Positions 37,108-46,367 of a stretch of 51,885 bases of DNA are shown here, piece after piece. Under the pieces are notes generated by a model that was not told the origin of the DNA, searched no databases, and was given only the letters and a program-made list of their open reading frames with translations. Location of the stretch: contig JAHFOQ010000003.1 of assembly GCA_023261595.1 (NCBI GenBank), positions 1-51,885 of the forward strand, read 5' to 3'. The DNA is from a bacterium. GTDB taxonomy: Bacteria; Patescibacteriota; Saccharimonadia; CAILAD01; BJGX01. How positions within the stretch are numbered: position 1 is the stretch's first letter; the number at the start of each line of letters is the position of its first letter. A program made the translations under genes and the position numbers.

Positions 37108-40100
37108 TTGCAGATAAAGGCCAAAACCTGGATTTCCAGAAATAAGCTGTCATACTTCAGCTCTCATAAAGCCAGTTTTATAATTGGTTTATTTGTCGTA
37201 TTTGCTGTTTTATCAACGCTTATTTATACAAATTATTCCCCTAAGAAAGCACAAGCAGCTGCGGGTATAAACGAACAACTTAACTATCAAGCCCGATTAC
37301 TTGATAGCACCGGTGCAGTTGTAGCTGACGGTACCTACAATATGGAATTCAAAATTTATCAAGATGGTACCGGCTGTGTAAGTGGTGGTTCTCCCCCTTG
37401 TAGCGGTACCCTTAAGTGGACAGAAACTCGCACTAGTACCAATAAAGTTACCGTAAAAAATGGTTATTTCTCGGTTAACTTAGGTTCGGTTACCGCTTTT
37501 AGTACTAGTGTAGACTGGAACCAAGATACACTCTGGTTGAGTATAAACATCGGCGGTACTGGCTCTCCAAGCTGGGATGGTGAAATGACACCTTTCCGTC
37601 GCCTTGCTGCTGTACCGTATGCTATGAATGCCAAACAACTTGGAGGGCTCGATTATTCACGCTTTGTTCAACTCGCTCCTACTGCAGTACAGGTGGATAG
37701 CGGAACACTTAGCTCAATTTTTATAAACAAGACCGGTGCAAGTGGCAATATTTTGCAGCTACAAAAAAATGGTACAAACGTACTTACCCTTGATAATGCT
37801 GGTGTGGTAAATTCAAGCTATACTTCCACTTCTTCCACTGCGGGATTAGAGATTGGTTCAATTTGGACCAACACCGATACAGGAGCTGTTACCACAGGGA
37901 CCGACGATACCAGAGGTATGCTTGTAAGTGTGTCGAGAACAGGAGGTAGCGGATCTGCAGTACTTAATACATATGGTGTTTATGGACTTGCACAAGGTGA
38001 CACTGGTGGGACAAGTACTGTAATAGGGGTGGCTGGAATCGCTGTATCTGGAGATGTAAATTATGGAGTAACAGGACTAACACTTGTTACTGGTAGCGGT
38101 CAAACAGAGGCAGTTGGTGTATTTGGAAGTATTGCATCTTTTGCAGGCTTTACCGGAACACAAACAACCACGAATGCTCTGAAAGCCCTAGTTGATATAA
38201 GTACTGCAGGAACTTATACTACTGCTTCTGGTCTTTCAATTGAAACATCAACACTTAGTGGTGGTGGCACTATTGGTACAAATTATGGTGCATGGATAAA
38301 AACTCAGACAGTAGGTACAACAAATTATGGTCTGCGAGTAGATACTGCTGCAGGTGCAGGCACAAACCAAACTGTCTGGATTGCCGGCAATGATGCAAGC
38401 GCCACAACTGCAGCTAAAGGTATCGCATTTGGCAGTACCAAAGATGTTACTTTGTATCGTGGAGGTGCAACTACACTCCAGACCGATGGTTCATTTTTAA
38501 CGGGTGGACGTGTTGCAGTAAATTCAATCGGTTCACCAGGAACAAATGAAATATTTCGAGTCAATACTCCAAACACGGTAGATAATTCAACCATAGCAAT
38601 TATTACCAATACCGGTACAAATACAAATAAAGTACTTACCTTGCAAGGAGTAGCAGGGCAATTTGCAGCATATCTATCTAACCAAACCAGTGCTGGTACT
38701 ACTTTATCTAGTATTGATCTTCTTGGTAGTTTTCGTGCACCTTCTGGTACCAATACGACTCCTGGGTTAACTTTTCAAGCAGAAAATACTTTAGGCCTGT
38801 ATCGTGTTTCATCTGGTGTACTCGGTATTACTGCCAATGCAGACGTTGCACAATTTAGCTCAACCGGTCAAACACTTACCGGTGATTTTACTTTTACTAC
38901 TGGTGCAACTCGTACAATTAGTCTTGGTACCTCAACTACTGGCACTGGTAATACTCTCACAATTCAGGGAGCGACCGGGCTAGCGGCTGGACCAAATGCC
39001 GGTGGTATTGTTTCTCTAACTGGGGGAACCGGTGGTTCTTCAACCGGGCTTGGGTCTGGTGGTGCCGGTGGTGCAGTTAATATATCTGGTGGTGCAACGT
39101 ATAGTAATAACTGGGTTGGTTCAGTAGGTGGAGCAGTAAATATAAGTGGAGCTACGCCAATTGCATCTGTTGTTGCAACAAGTTCTACGGGCGGTGCACT
39201 AGTGCTTACTGCTGGCACCGGTGGTGCAGCGAGTGGCTTTGCATCATCTGGCGGGGGTGCTGGTGGTGCTGTATCTATCACTTCAGGTAGCGGTGGGGCT
39301 GCAGGTGGTGGCGGAGACAAAACTGGTGGTAATGGCGCCGGAATTACCCTAACTGCTGGAAGTGGCGGTGTAAGTATAGGGACTAACGCAAACTCTAATG
39401 GTGGAAGTATTACCTTCCAAGGCGGTAGTGCTGGTACCGGAGGTGGTGGTGCTGCAGGTACACCCGGGAATATCAATCTTCAGGTAGCAACCAACGGAAA
39501 TATTAATGTTGGCGCGAATGCGGTTGCCCAAACGGTAAATATCGGTAATGGTACTGGGGCTACTGCAGTTTCGGTATTATGCGGAAGTGGTGCCTGTGGG
39601 TTTGGTAATAATGGTGTTGCACACAGCACTATTATTGGTAGCACAACTGGTGGTTCTATTACCTACATTCAAACCGGCACGGCTGGTCTAAATATTGCCA
39701 ATGATGGAGTATCAAACACTGTACAAATTGGTAATGCTAATACTGCTTCTTCTCAAACAATAAATATAGGTAATAATGCAAATGCCAGCGGTATAAGTGT
39801 ATTAAATATAGGTTCAGGCCAAAGCTCGAGTGCAACAACTATTCAAGCAGGTTCTGGCGGTTTATTCTTGGGTACTGCTGGCATCTCTAATACCATTCAA
39901 ATTGGTAATACAACTGGTGCTGTAGCTCAAACTATCAATTTTGGTACCAATAGTACTGGTAGTTCTACAACGAACATCAACATCGGTTCGAGCATTGCAG
40001 GTACCACAGCAATTACAGGACCTACTACCATTACTGGACGTACATCTGGTGCATTAGATACACTAACTGTCAGTAATTCCACAAGTACAGGTTCTATAGC

Positions 40101-43100
40101 AATCTTTAAAGACGGTTCTACAGCTGTTATGACAATCGCAGACGGTGGTGGAATACTTTTGCAAAACCAAACCAACTCAGCGGCTGGCTTACAAGTAAAA
40201 GACAGTAGTACTGAAGTTCTCTTTAGTGTTGATACGACTGCTCGTGGTGCTGGTGGCGGAAACTTAGTAAAAATCGGAAATAGCACCGGTACAGATACAG
40301 CAACTACTATTCTTAAATTAGATGCCGCAACTGCGGTACCAACAACTAATCTTGCTGCATTAAATGGCGGTATGTTCTATAACTCTACAACTAATAAAAT
40401 AAGTGTTATAGAAAATGGTACGGTAAAAGTATTATGTAATACTACCGATGCAGGATGTGGTGCAGGTGGTGCTACTACCCTTCAAAGTGCTTACGATGCA
40501 ACATCCGGAAATACTATTACTACAACAGACGGGCGTAATATCGCCTTTACCTTTGCTGACACAACTACAGATTCTAGTTTTATCGTAAACCTCCAGTGTG
40601 TTACTTCTTGTAGTACAAATGGTGTGTTTGCAGTGCAGTCTGCAGGTACTAATGTATTTACAGTATCTCCTAATGGCGGGCGTGCGACCTTCAGAAACGT
40701 TACTGACTCTACTACCGGGCTTCAAATACTGGATGCCGATGGCGGCACACCGATATTTAATGTAGATACTACAAATGAAAGAGTTGGTATAGGTACTGCA
40801 GCACCAAACGCGATTTTTGAAGTTATTGGAACAGCAACTACTGGACCGGTTGTTAGTACTACTGCAAGCATAGTTGGAACTTCTGGTATTTTTGCTGCGG
40901 GGACAAATATGTCTACTACTGCTTCTCCCTCTGGCCTATCAAGCATTGGTTATTACTTCGGTATCTACAACTCAGTAGATTCTGGATCGAGCAATGTTGA
41001 TTCATCTATTTTAACAAGTATTGCAACACAGGCAATCTACAACGGCGGTGATACACTAGCAGGATTAGAAGGGATTAGGGTATATCTAGAAAATGGCACC
41101 GGTACGATAACTACCTCGACTGGAATATATGTATCGACCGGGAGTAATAGCGGGACAATTACCACACAATACGGCATCCTTGTAGCTTCACAGGGAGGTG
41201 GAAGTAGTAGTTATGGAATAGCTATCGATACAGCAGGTACTCAATCACTATGGCTACAAGGTAATGGAGGAACAGCAGCTACTGGTATTGGATTCGGTAC
41301 ATCGAATGACACAAATCTGTATCGATCTGATGCTAATCTATTAAGGTCTGATGATTCCTTGCATATAGTAAATAGAGTTCAAATAGGTTTAGATGCAAAT
41401 GTAGGTACTATTGCCCAGTGTAATGCACTTATAGGATTTGGTGATTGTAGTAATGGTATAGAAGTAGCAATAGCTAGCACGGAAACTACAAATGTAACAT
41501 ATGGTGCAAGCTTTATCGCTGCTATTTCCCCTTCTGGTGCAACAAATACTGCTGGCAATAAAGGCAGCAATAATGTTTTAGCATTAGTGGGTACACAGTC
41601 ATTTAGTGGTAACAACATTGGTACTGACAGTATTGCAGTTAATGGCACTACAGCAGGTACAGTAACTATGCTGAATGGTGCGAATGGTTTTGCAACTCAA
41701 ACAGGAGCAGGTAGTACCGTAACTACAGCAACAGGTGTCAGAGCGGGTGTTTCTCAAACCGCAGGTACTCTTACGACAGGTATCGCATTAGATGTTCTAG
41801 CAGCAACTGGAACAATATCTGGTAGTAACTACGGAATAATTGTTCGTAATCAAACAGCCGGTGCTACTGACTACGGAATATACATAGAAGATGCTGCCAA
41901 CTATAGCTTAGTACTTGCTTCGAACGATGGTGATGCTGCGAGTGGTATTTCTTTTGGTAGTGTAGCAAGTACACCAGATACTAATTTGTATCGTGGTGCA
42001 GCCAATCAACTTAACACTGATGATGCCTTAAAAATTGGTACTCAAGCAGCAATAGGCTCGGGCGCGAGTATAGCTGCTGGTACTGCACTCTATGTAAACG
42101 AAACCTTCAATAATACATCTGGTGGTGTACAAGGCCAAGAAAATAGAATATTTATTAATGCTGCTTCAGCTTCATCTGCAATTGTTCTCGCAAGCAATTC
42201 TAATTTAACTGTTCAAGGTACCGCGATCAATTATACTGGTACATACCTAGCTGGTAGTGGTGGGACAGTTAATGTTGATACCACTGGTACTGTATCTACA
42301 GCCTTAGGCTCAGCAGGTATTGTAAGTAATCGTCAAGGTGGGACAATTGCAGCTGCGCATGCCCAAAACGGTCTTGTTGTCAACTCTGCCGGTGGTACGA
42401 TTACTGCCGCAACTGCTCTTTGGGGTCAAATACAGAATAACAGTACTGGGACAATTACCGATGGGGCTGGACTCTGGATAGCAGCTTCAACTAATACTAG
42501 CGGCACACTAACAAGAAACTACGGCATATATATAGAAAACCAAACTGCAGGTACTACTGACTATGGGATCGTAATAGAAGATGCCGCAAACTACAGTCTT
42601 TTGCTTGCCTCCAATGACGGTGATGCAGCAAGTGGTATTTCTTTTGGTAGTGTAGCAAGTACTCCAGACACCAATCTGTACCGATCTGCCGCTAATCAAC
42701 TTAAGACCGATGATAACTTCTTAGTACAAACCGCTATCAATTCAACCAATGCTTTTGCAGTAAATAATGCGTCTGGGCTAAATTTGTTAAAAATAGATAA
42801 TAGTAGTAGCAACCCTAGTAATTTGGTGACTAACCCAAGTTTTGAGACCAACACAACTGGTTGGACTGGGCGTACTGGCTGTACACTTACACAAGATACA
42901 TCTAACTTCTATAATGGTGCAGCATCCGGGCTCTGTACAAATACTGCTACTACCAATGCAGGTATGAACTACCCTGTAGCACTTAGTAGTACTACTAGCT
43001 ATAACGTAATTGTGTACGTCAAAACCAATGGCCTACCAATAAGCACCTTAGAAATAGGCCGGGCCGATAATGGTGCCAGTGATACTGCTTGTCTTACTGC

Positions 43101-45873
43101 CCAATCAGTTAATTCAAATGGATGGACAAGATTTAGCTGCTCGTTCACCACCGGTACTACCTCTGGAAGCCCGTATATATATGTAAAACAAACCGATGGC
43201 GTAGCTCGCAACATATACGTAGATGCCGTTGTGTTGCAAACAAGCAGCAATGCCGACTCTATTAATTACCGTGATGGAAAGATTAGCTTTGGTACTAACG
43301 CCATTACTTCTCCACTTGTATTACAAAATGTTCAAAATTCTTCAACTGCTTTTACGGTGAATAACTCAAATGGTGGGCAAGTATTTGGGGTTGATACTAC
43401 CGATCAAAACCAAATTGCCAATCCTAGCTTTGAGGTAAATACTACTGGCTGGGCAGCCAAGGGTGCGGCTACTATTGTTCGTAGCACCTCTCAACAAAAC
43501 TATGGCAATGCCTCACTACTTGTTACTACGACAGCTGCGGCTAATGATGGAGCTCAGTATACATTGCCCAACCCTATACAAGTAGGTCAGCAAGTAACTC
43601 TTTCTGGGTATATTAGACTGAATGCTACTGCCTTTGGCGCTGGTACATTAGTTGGTGGTTATGTAAATGGTAGCGGTGATACTACTTGTGTGCTTGCTCC
43701 AGCAATTTCTGCAACCGTACCGGGTACTACGGGCTGGACGCGCTTTACCTGTACATTTACTGTTGCTACCACCCAAGCTACAGCAGTGTTCTTAAAACAA
43801 ACTGATTCTGTGGCTCGTAGCTTTTACATCGATGCTACTCAACTAGAGAATGGTGCAACTACTACTGCGTATGGTCTTGGACGCATCTCTCTAAGTGGCG
43901 AAGTAATTAACCCTACTACTTTCCGTAATCAAGCTGATACTACCACTGCTTTCCAAGTAGTAAATGCAGCTAATACTACCACGCTCTTTAATATAGATAC
44001 ACTTAATAGTAATGTTGCAATAACTAGTACCGCTACTACCTCTTCGGCTTTAACACTAACAGCAAACAGCTTAACGACCGGTAAGGGTATCGATATTACT
44101 TCTACAAGTGCTACTACTTTAAGTTCAGGAGCACTTATTGGCGTAACAGCTAACTCGGCTACGACTGCAACAGGTGGTTTAGTACAAATAAATGCCAATG
44201 CCCTTACTACGGGCGTAGGGCTTAATCTTACCTCTACTAATACCACCACACTATCAACTGGTGCATTGTTTAGAATTACGGCAAATAGCCTTACAACTGG
44301 TGGTAATGCAGGTGGTGTTGCTCAGATACAGATGAATGCTGCAACAACTGCTAGAGGGCTAAGTATTACATCTACCAGTGCTGGATTAACTTCTGGATCG
44401 CTCTTATATATAAGTACTAGCACTACTGGTGCGGTAGCTACAAATGGCGTTGTGTCGATTAATGCCAGTGGTGCGTATAGCTCAACCTCTAATGCAGGTT
44501 TACTAAATGTTGCTGCTAATGCCACCCTAACAGGTACGCTGGCAAACTTCTCGGCCACCGCACTTACCTCTGGTGTTGCTATTAATGTAGCGGGCCCTAC
44601 TAGCGGATCAACGTTTACTGGGTCATTATTTAACGCATCGACTGCTACTACTGGCGCAGCCAGCAATGGTTTTGTACGCTTCAACTTCTCAGCTGCACAT
44701 ACTGGCAATGGTTTCCAGATAGATGATGCTACAGCTACCGGTACTGGTATGGCAATTAATGCTACTGCTCTTACCTCGGGTACTGGCCTTAATATTGCCG
44801 GCCCTACTAGCGGATCAACATTAACCGGTACACTACTGAATATATCAACAGCCACCACAGGTGCCGCTACCAACGGCTTTGCGCGCTTCAACTTTACTGG
44901 CGCACACACTGGTGTAGGATTCCAGCTCGATGATACGGCTACCACTACCGGTACGGCTATGGCAATAAATGTAACTGGGCTTACTACTGGCACAGGGCTG
45001 AAGATAGCCAATACAACAAGCATATCTAGCGCTGACAACTTAGTGATTCTTACCGGCGGTAATAACGCGGGTGCAGAAACTGGTACACACATTCAGTTCC
45101 AGCGTGCAGACGGTACGGTAATAGGTAGTATTGCCCAAAATGCTGCTACAACTGTTGCCTACAACACCACTTCTGATGCTCGGCTAAAAGAAAATATTAC
45201 TGACACCCACTACGATCTTAATACTGTGTTGGCATTAAAAATTCACGATTACGATTACTTAGCTGACCCTAACCACACACAACTTACTGGTCTTATTGCT
45301 CAAGAATTATATACTCTGTACCCTGGTGCAGTTACCGTTGGCACAGATGCTGTTGACGACCAGGGCAGGCTTACTAATCCATGGTCGATAGATTATGGTA
45401 AACTTACTCCTTTATTAGCCAAAGGTCTACAAGATCTTAATGGCAAGGTAGATGCCTTAGATGCTAAAGTAAATGCTCAACAAGTATCCCAAGGCGTGTT
45501 TAATGGTGGGCTTGTTACTGGCAACATAGAGTTTCAGGCTAACGCAACTTTCGATGCAATTGCTACCTTTAAGGGACAGGCTGTATTTGCTGGTGGTGCT
45601 ACCTTTAATGGCACTGCTACCTTTAACGATAAGATAGTAGTCAGTAGCAATACTGCAGGTACTGTTAAGCTACTAGCTGGGCAAACAAAAGTATCTATTC
45701 AATTTAGCAAACCTTATACTGCTCCACCAATAATCAATGCCACTCCTATAGGTATTATTGCTCCTAAATATGGAGTAACAAATATTACGAAGGACGGATT
45801 TGATATAGACATTGATCCTGCTCAACCAACTGATACACAGTTTAACTGGTTTGCTGTAGAAACGAATCCTTAA
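37108..45873 (+). CDS. Giant mosaic fibre adhesin with S74 intramolecular chaperone domain
   Basis: 2921 aa. N-terminal TM/signal; LNYQARL...GYFSVNLG...LAAVPYA domain; Gly-rich segment; DTNLYR repeats; two NPSFE..TTGW CBM4/9-like domains; TSDARLKENI...GLIAQE...IDYGKLTP; extra C-terminal beta domain. Confidence 0.85.
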   Translation: MQIKAKTWISRNKLSYFSSHKASFIIGLFVVFAVLSTLIYTNYSPKKAQAAAGINEQLNYQARLLDSTGAVVADGTYNMEFKIYQDGTGCVSGGSPPCSGTLKWTETRTSTNKVTVKNGYFSVNLGSVTAFSTSVDWNQDTLWLSINIGGTGSPSWDGEMTPFRRLAAVPYAMNAKQLGGLDYSRFVQLAPTAVQVDSGTLSSIFINKTGASGNILQLQKNGTNVLTLDNAGVVNSSYTSTSSTAGLEIGSIWTNTDTGAVTTGTDDTRGMLVSVSRTGGSGSAVLNTYGVYGLAQGDTGGTSTVIGVAGIAVSGDVNYGVTGLTLVTGSGQTEAVGVFGSIASFAGFTGTQTTTNALKALVDISTAGTYTTASGLSIETSTLSGGGTIGTNYGAWIKTQTVGTTNYGLRVDTAAGAGTNQTVWIAGNDASATTAAKGIAFGSTKDVTLYRGGATTLQTDGSFLTGGRVAVNSIGSPGTNEIFRVNTPNTVDNSTIAIITNTGTNTNKVLTLQGVAGQFAAYLSNQTSAGTTLSSIDLLGSFRAPSGTNTTPGLTFQAENTLGLYRVSSGVLGITANADVAQFSSTGQTLTGDFTFTTGATRTISLGTSTTGTGNTLTIQGATGLAAGPNAGGIVSLTGGTGGSSTGLGSGGAGGAVNISGGATYSNNWVGSVGGAVNISGATPIASVVATSSTGGALVLTAGTGGAASGFASSGGGAGGAVSITSGSGGAAGGGGDKTGGNGAGITLTAGSGGVSIGTNANSNGGSITFQGGSAGTGGGGAAGTPGNINLQVATNGNINVGANAVAQTVNIGNGTGATAVSVLCGSGACGFGNNGVAHSTIIGSTTGGSITYIQTGTAGLNIANDGVSNTVQIGNANTASSQTINIGNNANASGISVLNIGSGQSSSATTIQAGSGGLFLGTAGISNTIQIGNTTGAVAQTINFGTNSTGSSTTNINIGSSIAGTTAITGPTTITGRTSGALDTLTVSNSTSTGSIAIFKDGSTAVMTIADGGGILLQNQTNSAAGLQVKDSSTEVLFSVDTTARGAGGGNLVKIGNSTGTDTATTILKLDAATAVPTTNLAALNGGMFYNSTTNKISVIENGTVKVLCNTTDAGCGAGGATTLQSAYDATSGNTITTTDGRNIAFTFADTTTDSSFIVNLQCVTSCSTNGVFAVQSAGTNVFTVSPNGGRATFRNVTDSTTGLQILDADGGTPIFNVDTTNERVGIGTAAPNAIFEVIGTATTGPVVSTTASIVGTSGIFAAGTNMSTTASPSGLSSIGYYFGIYNSVDSGSSNVDSSILTSIATQAIYNGGDTLAGLEGIRVYLENGTGTITTSTGIYVSTGSNSGTITTQYGILVASQGGGSSSYGIAIDTAGTQSLWLQGNGGTAATGIGFGTSNDTNLYRSDANLLRSDDSLHIVNRVQIGLDANVGTIAQCNALIGFGDCSNGIEVAIASTETTNVTYGASFIAAISPSGATNTAGNKGSNNVLALVGTQSFSGNNIGTDSIAVNGTTAGTVTMLNGANGFATQTGAGSTVTTATGVRAGVSQTAGTLTTGIALDVLAATGTISGSNYGIIVRNQTAGATDYGIYIEDAANYSLVLASNDGDAASGISFGSVASTPDTNLYRGAANQLNTDDALKIGTQAAIGSGASIAAGTALYVNETFNNTSGGVQGQENRIFINAASASSAIVLASNSNLTVQGTAINYTGTYLAGSGGTVNVDTTGTVSTALGSAGIVSNRQGGTIAAAHAQNGLVVNSAGGTITAATALWGQIQNNSTGTITDGAGLWIAASTNTSGTLTRNYGIYIENQTAGTTDYGIVIEDAANYSLLLASNDGDAASGISFGSVASTPDTNLYRSAANQLKTDDNFLVQTAINSTNAFAVNNASGLNLLKIDNSSSNPSNLVTNPSFETNTTGWTGRTGCTLTQDTSNFYNGAASGLCTNTATTNAGMNYPVALSSTTSYNVIVYVKTNGLPISTLEIGRADNGASDTACLTAQSVNSNGWTRFSCSFTTGTTSGSPYIYVKQTDGVARNIYVDAVVLQTSSNADSINYRDGKISFGTNAITSPLVLQNVQNSSTAFTVNNSNGGQVFGVDTTDQNQIANPSFEVNTTGWAAKGAATIVRSTSQQNYGNASLLVTTTAAANDGAQYTLPNPIQVGQQVTLSGYIRLNATAFGAGTLVGGYVNGSGDTTCVLAPAISATVPGTTGWTRFTCTFTVATTQATAVFLKQTDSVARSFYIDATQLENGATTTAYGLGRISLSGEVINPTTFRNQADTTTAFQVVNAANTTTLFNIDTLNSNVAITSTATTSSALTLTANSLTTGKGIDITSTSATTLSSGALIGVTANSATTATGGLVQINANALTTGVGLNLTSTNTTTLSTGALFRITANSLTTGGNAGGVAQIQMNAATTARGLSITSTSAGLTSGSLLYISTSTTGAVATNGVVSINASGAYSSTSNAGLLNVAANATLTGTLANFSATALTSGVAINVAGPTSGSTFTGSLFNASTATTGAASNGFVRFNFSAAHTGNGFQIDDATATGTGMAINATALTSGTGLNIAGPTSGSTLTGTLLNISTATTGAATNGFARFNFTGAHTGVGFQLDDTATTTGTAMAINVTGLTTGTGLKIANTTSISSADNLVILTGGNNAGAETGTHIQFQRADGTVIGSIAQNAATTVAYNTTSDARLKENITDTHYDLNTVLALKIHDYDYLADPNHTQLTGLIAQELYTLYPGAVTVGTDAVDDQGRLTNPWSIDYGKLTPLLAKGLQDLNGKVDALDAKVNAQQVSQGVFNGGLVTGNIEFQANATFDAIATFKGQAVFAGGATFNGTATFNDKIVVSSNTAGTVKLLAGQTKVSIQFSKPYTAPPIINATPIGIIAPKYGVTNITKDGFDIDIDPAQPTDTQFNWFAVETNP
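41828..42714 (+). repeat. Internal duplication in the adhesin gene
   Basis: NYGI...IEDAANYSL.LASNDGDAASGISFGSVASTPDTNLYR occurs twice; 32 bp identical at 41941-41972 and 42631-42662. Confidence 0.9.
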
Positions 45874-45879
45874 CATTAC

Positions 45880-45907
45880 TTGACATACATTTTTAGTGTT
45901 GTACAAT
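45880..45907 (+). promoter_or_regulatory. Sigma70 promoter of ORFan cassette
   Basis: TTGACA-16-TACAAT. Confidence 0.7.
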
Positions 45908-45949
45908 AAGGGTGTAATTGTACCCCCTATACCTCTAAAGGAGGTGAAA

Positions 45950-46237
45950 ATGAGCTTTTGTGAGGCTCTCATTCAGGCACATTCAGACGAATCGACCGAA
46001 CCCGCACTCGTAGCAGATATTCTCTATCTCCTCGATACGTGGCAGAAAATCGAGTCGCTCTCGAATGGTTCGGCTGAACAGCTCAAGTGTATCAACAAGG
46101 CACGTGGGTTGGTCGACGACCTGCGTACAAACTGGCATCTCAGCAACGATGAGATAATCGAACTCGATGAACACACCGCTGAGTTTCGTCAGTGGCTTGA
46201 GCCCCCGTCCATGCAGGAACACCAAGAAGCCAGCTAA
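45950..46237 (+). CDS. Small acidic hypothetical protein (ORFan)
   Basis: AAAGGAGGTG SD before ATG 45950. Confidence 0.75.
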   Translation: MSFCEALIQAHSDESTEPALVADILYLLDTWQKIESLSNGSAEQLKCINKARGLVDDLRTNWHLSNDEIIELDEHTAEFRQWLEPPSMQEHQEAS

Positions 46238-46273
46238 CACGAGGCAAAGCCCATGCCCCCTTTCAACAAATCA

Positions 46274-46313
46274 GAGTCCTAGGTGTTGCAGTAACTTGCT
46301 ACACCTAGGACTC
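46274..46313. repeat. 13-bp perfect inverted repeat
   Basis: GAGTCCTAGGTGT-N14-ACACCTAGGACTC. Confidence 0.85.
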
Positions 46314-46367
46314 CGCATAAAAACTAAGAGTATTTCCCGCAAGGGATTTATTTTTTTATTTACGGGC

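Noticed and set aside
38325-45092. Minus-strand ORFs up to 256 aa inside the giant gene
   Set aside because: Shadows caused by Thr/Gly/Ala/Ser codon bias of the sense gene.
29064-45873. Prophage suggested by the holin-family gene and the tail-fibre-like S74 protein
   Set aside because: No integrase, terminase, capsid or portal. The holin-like gene is operonic with secG, and the fibre has a membrane/signal anchor.
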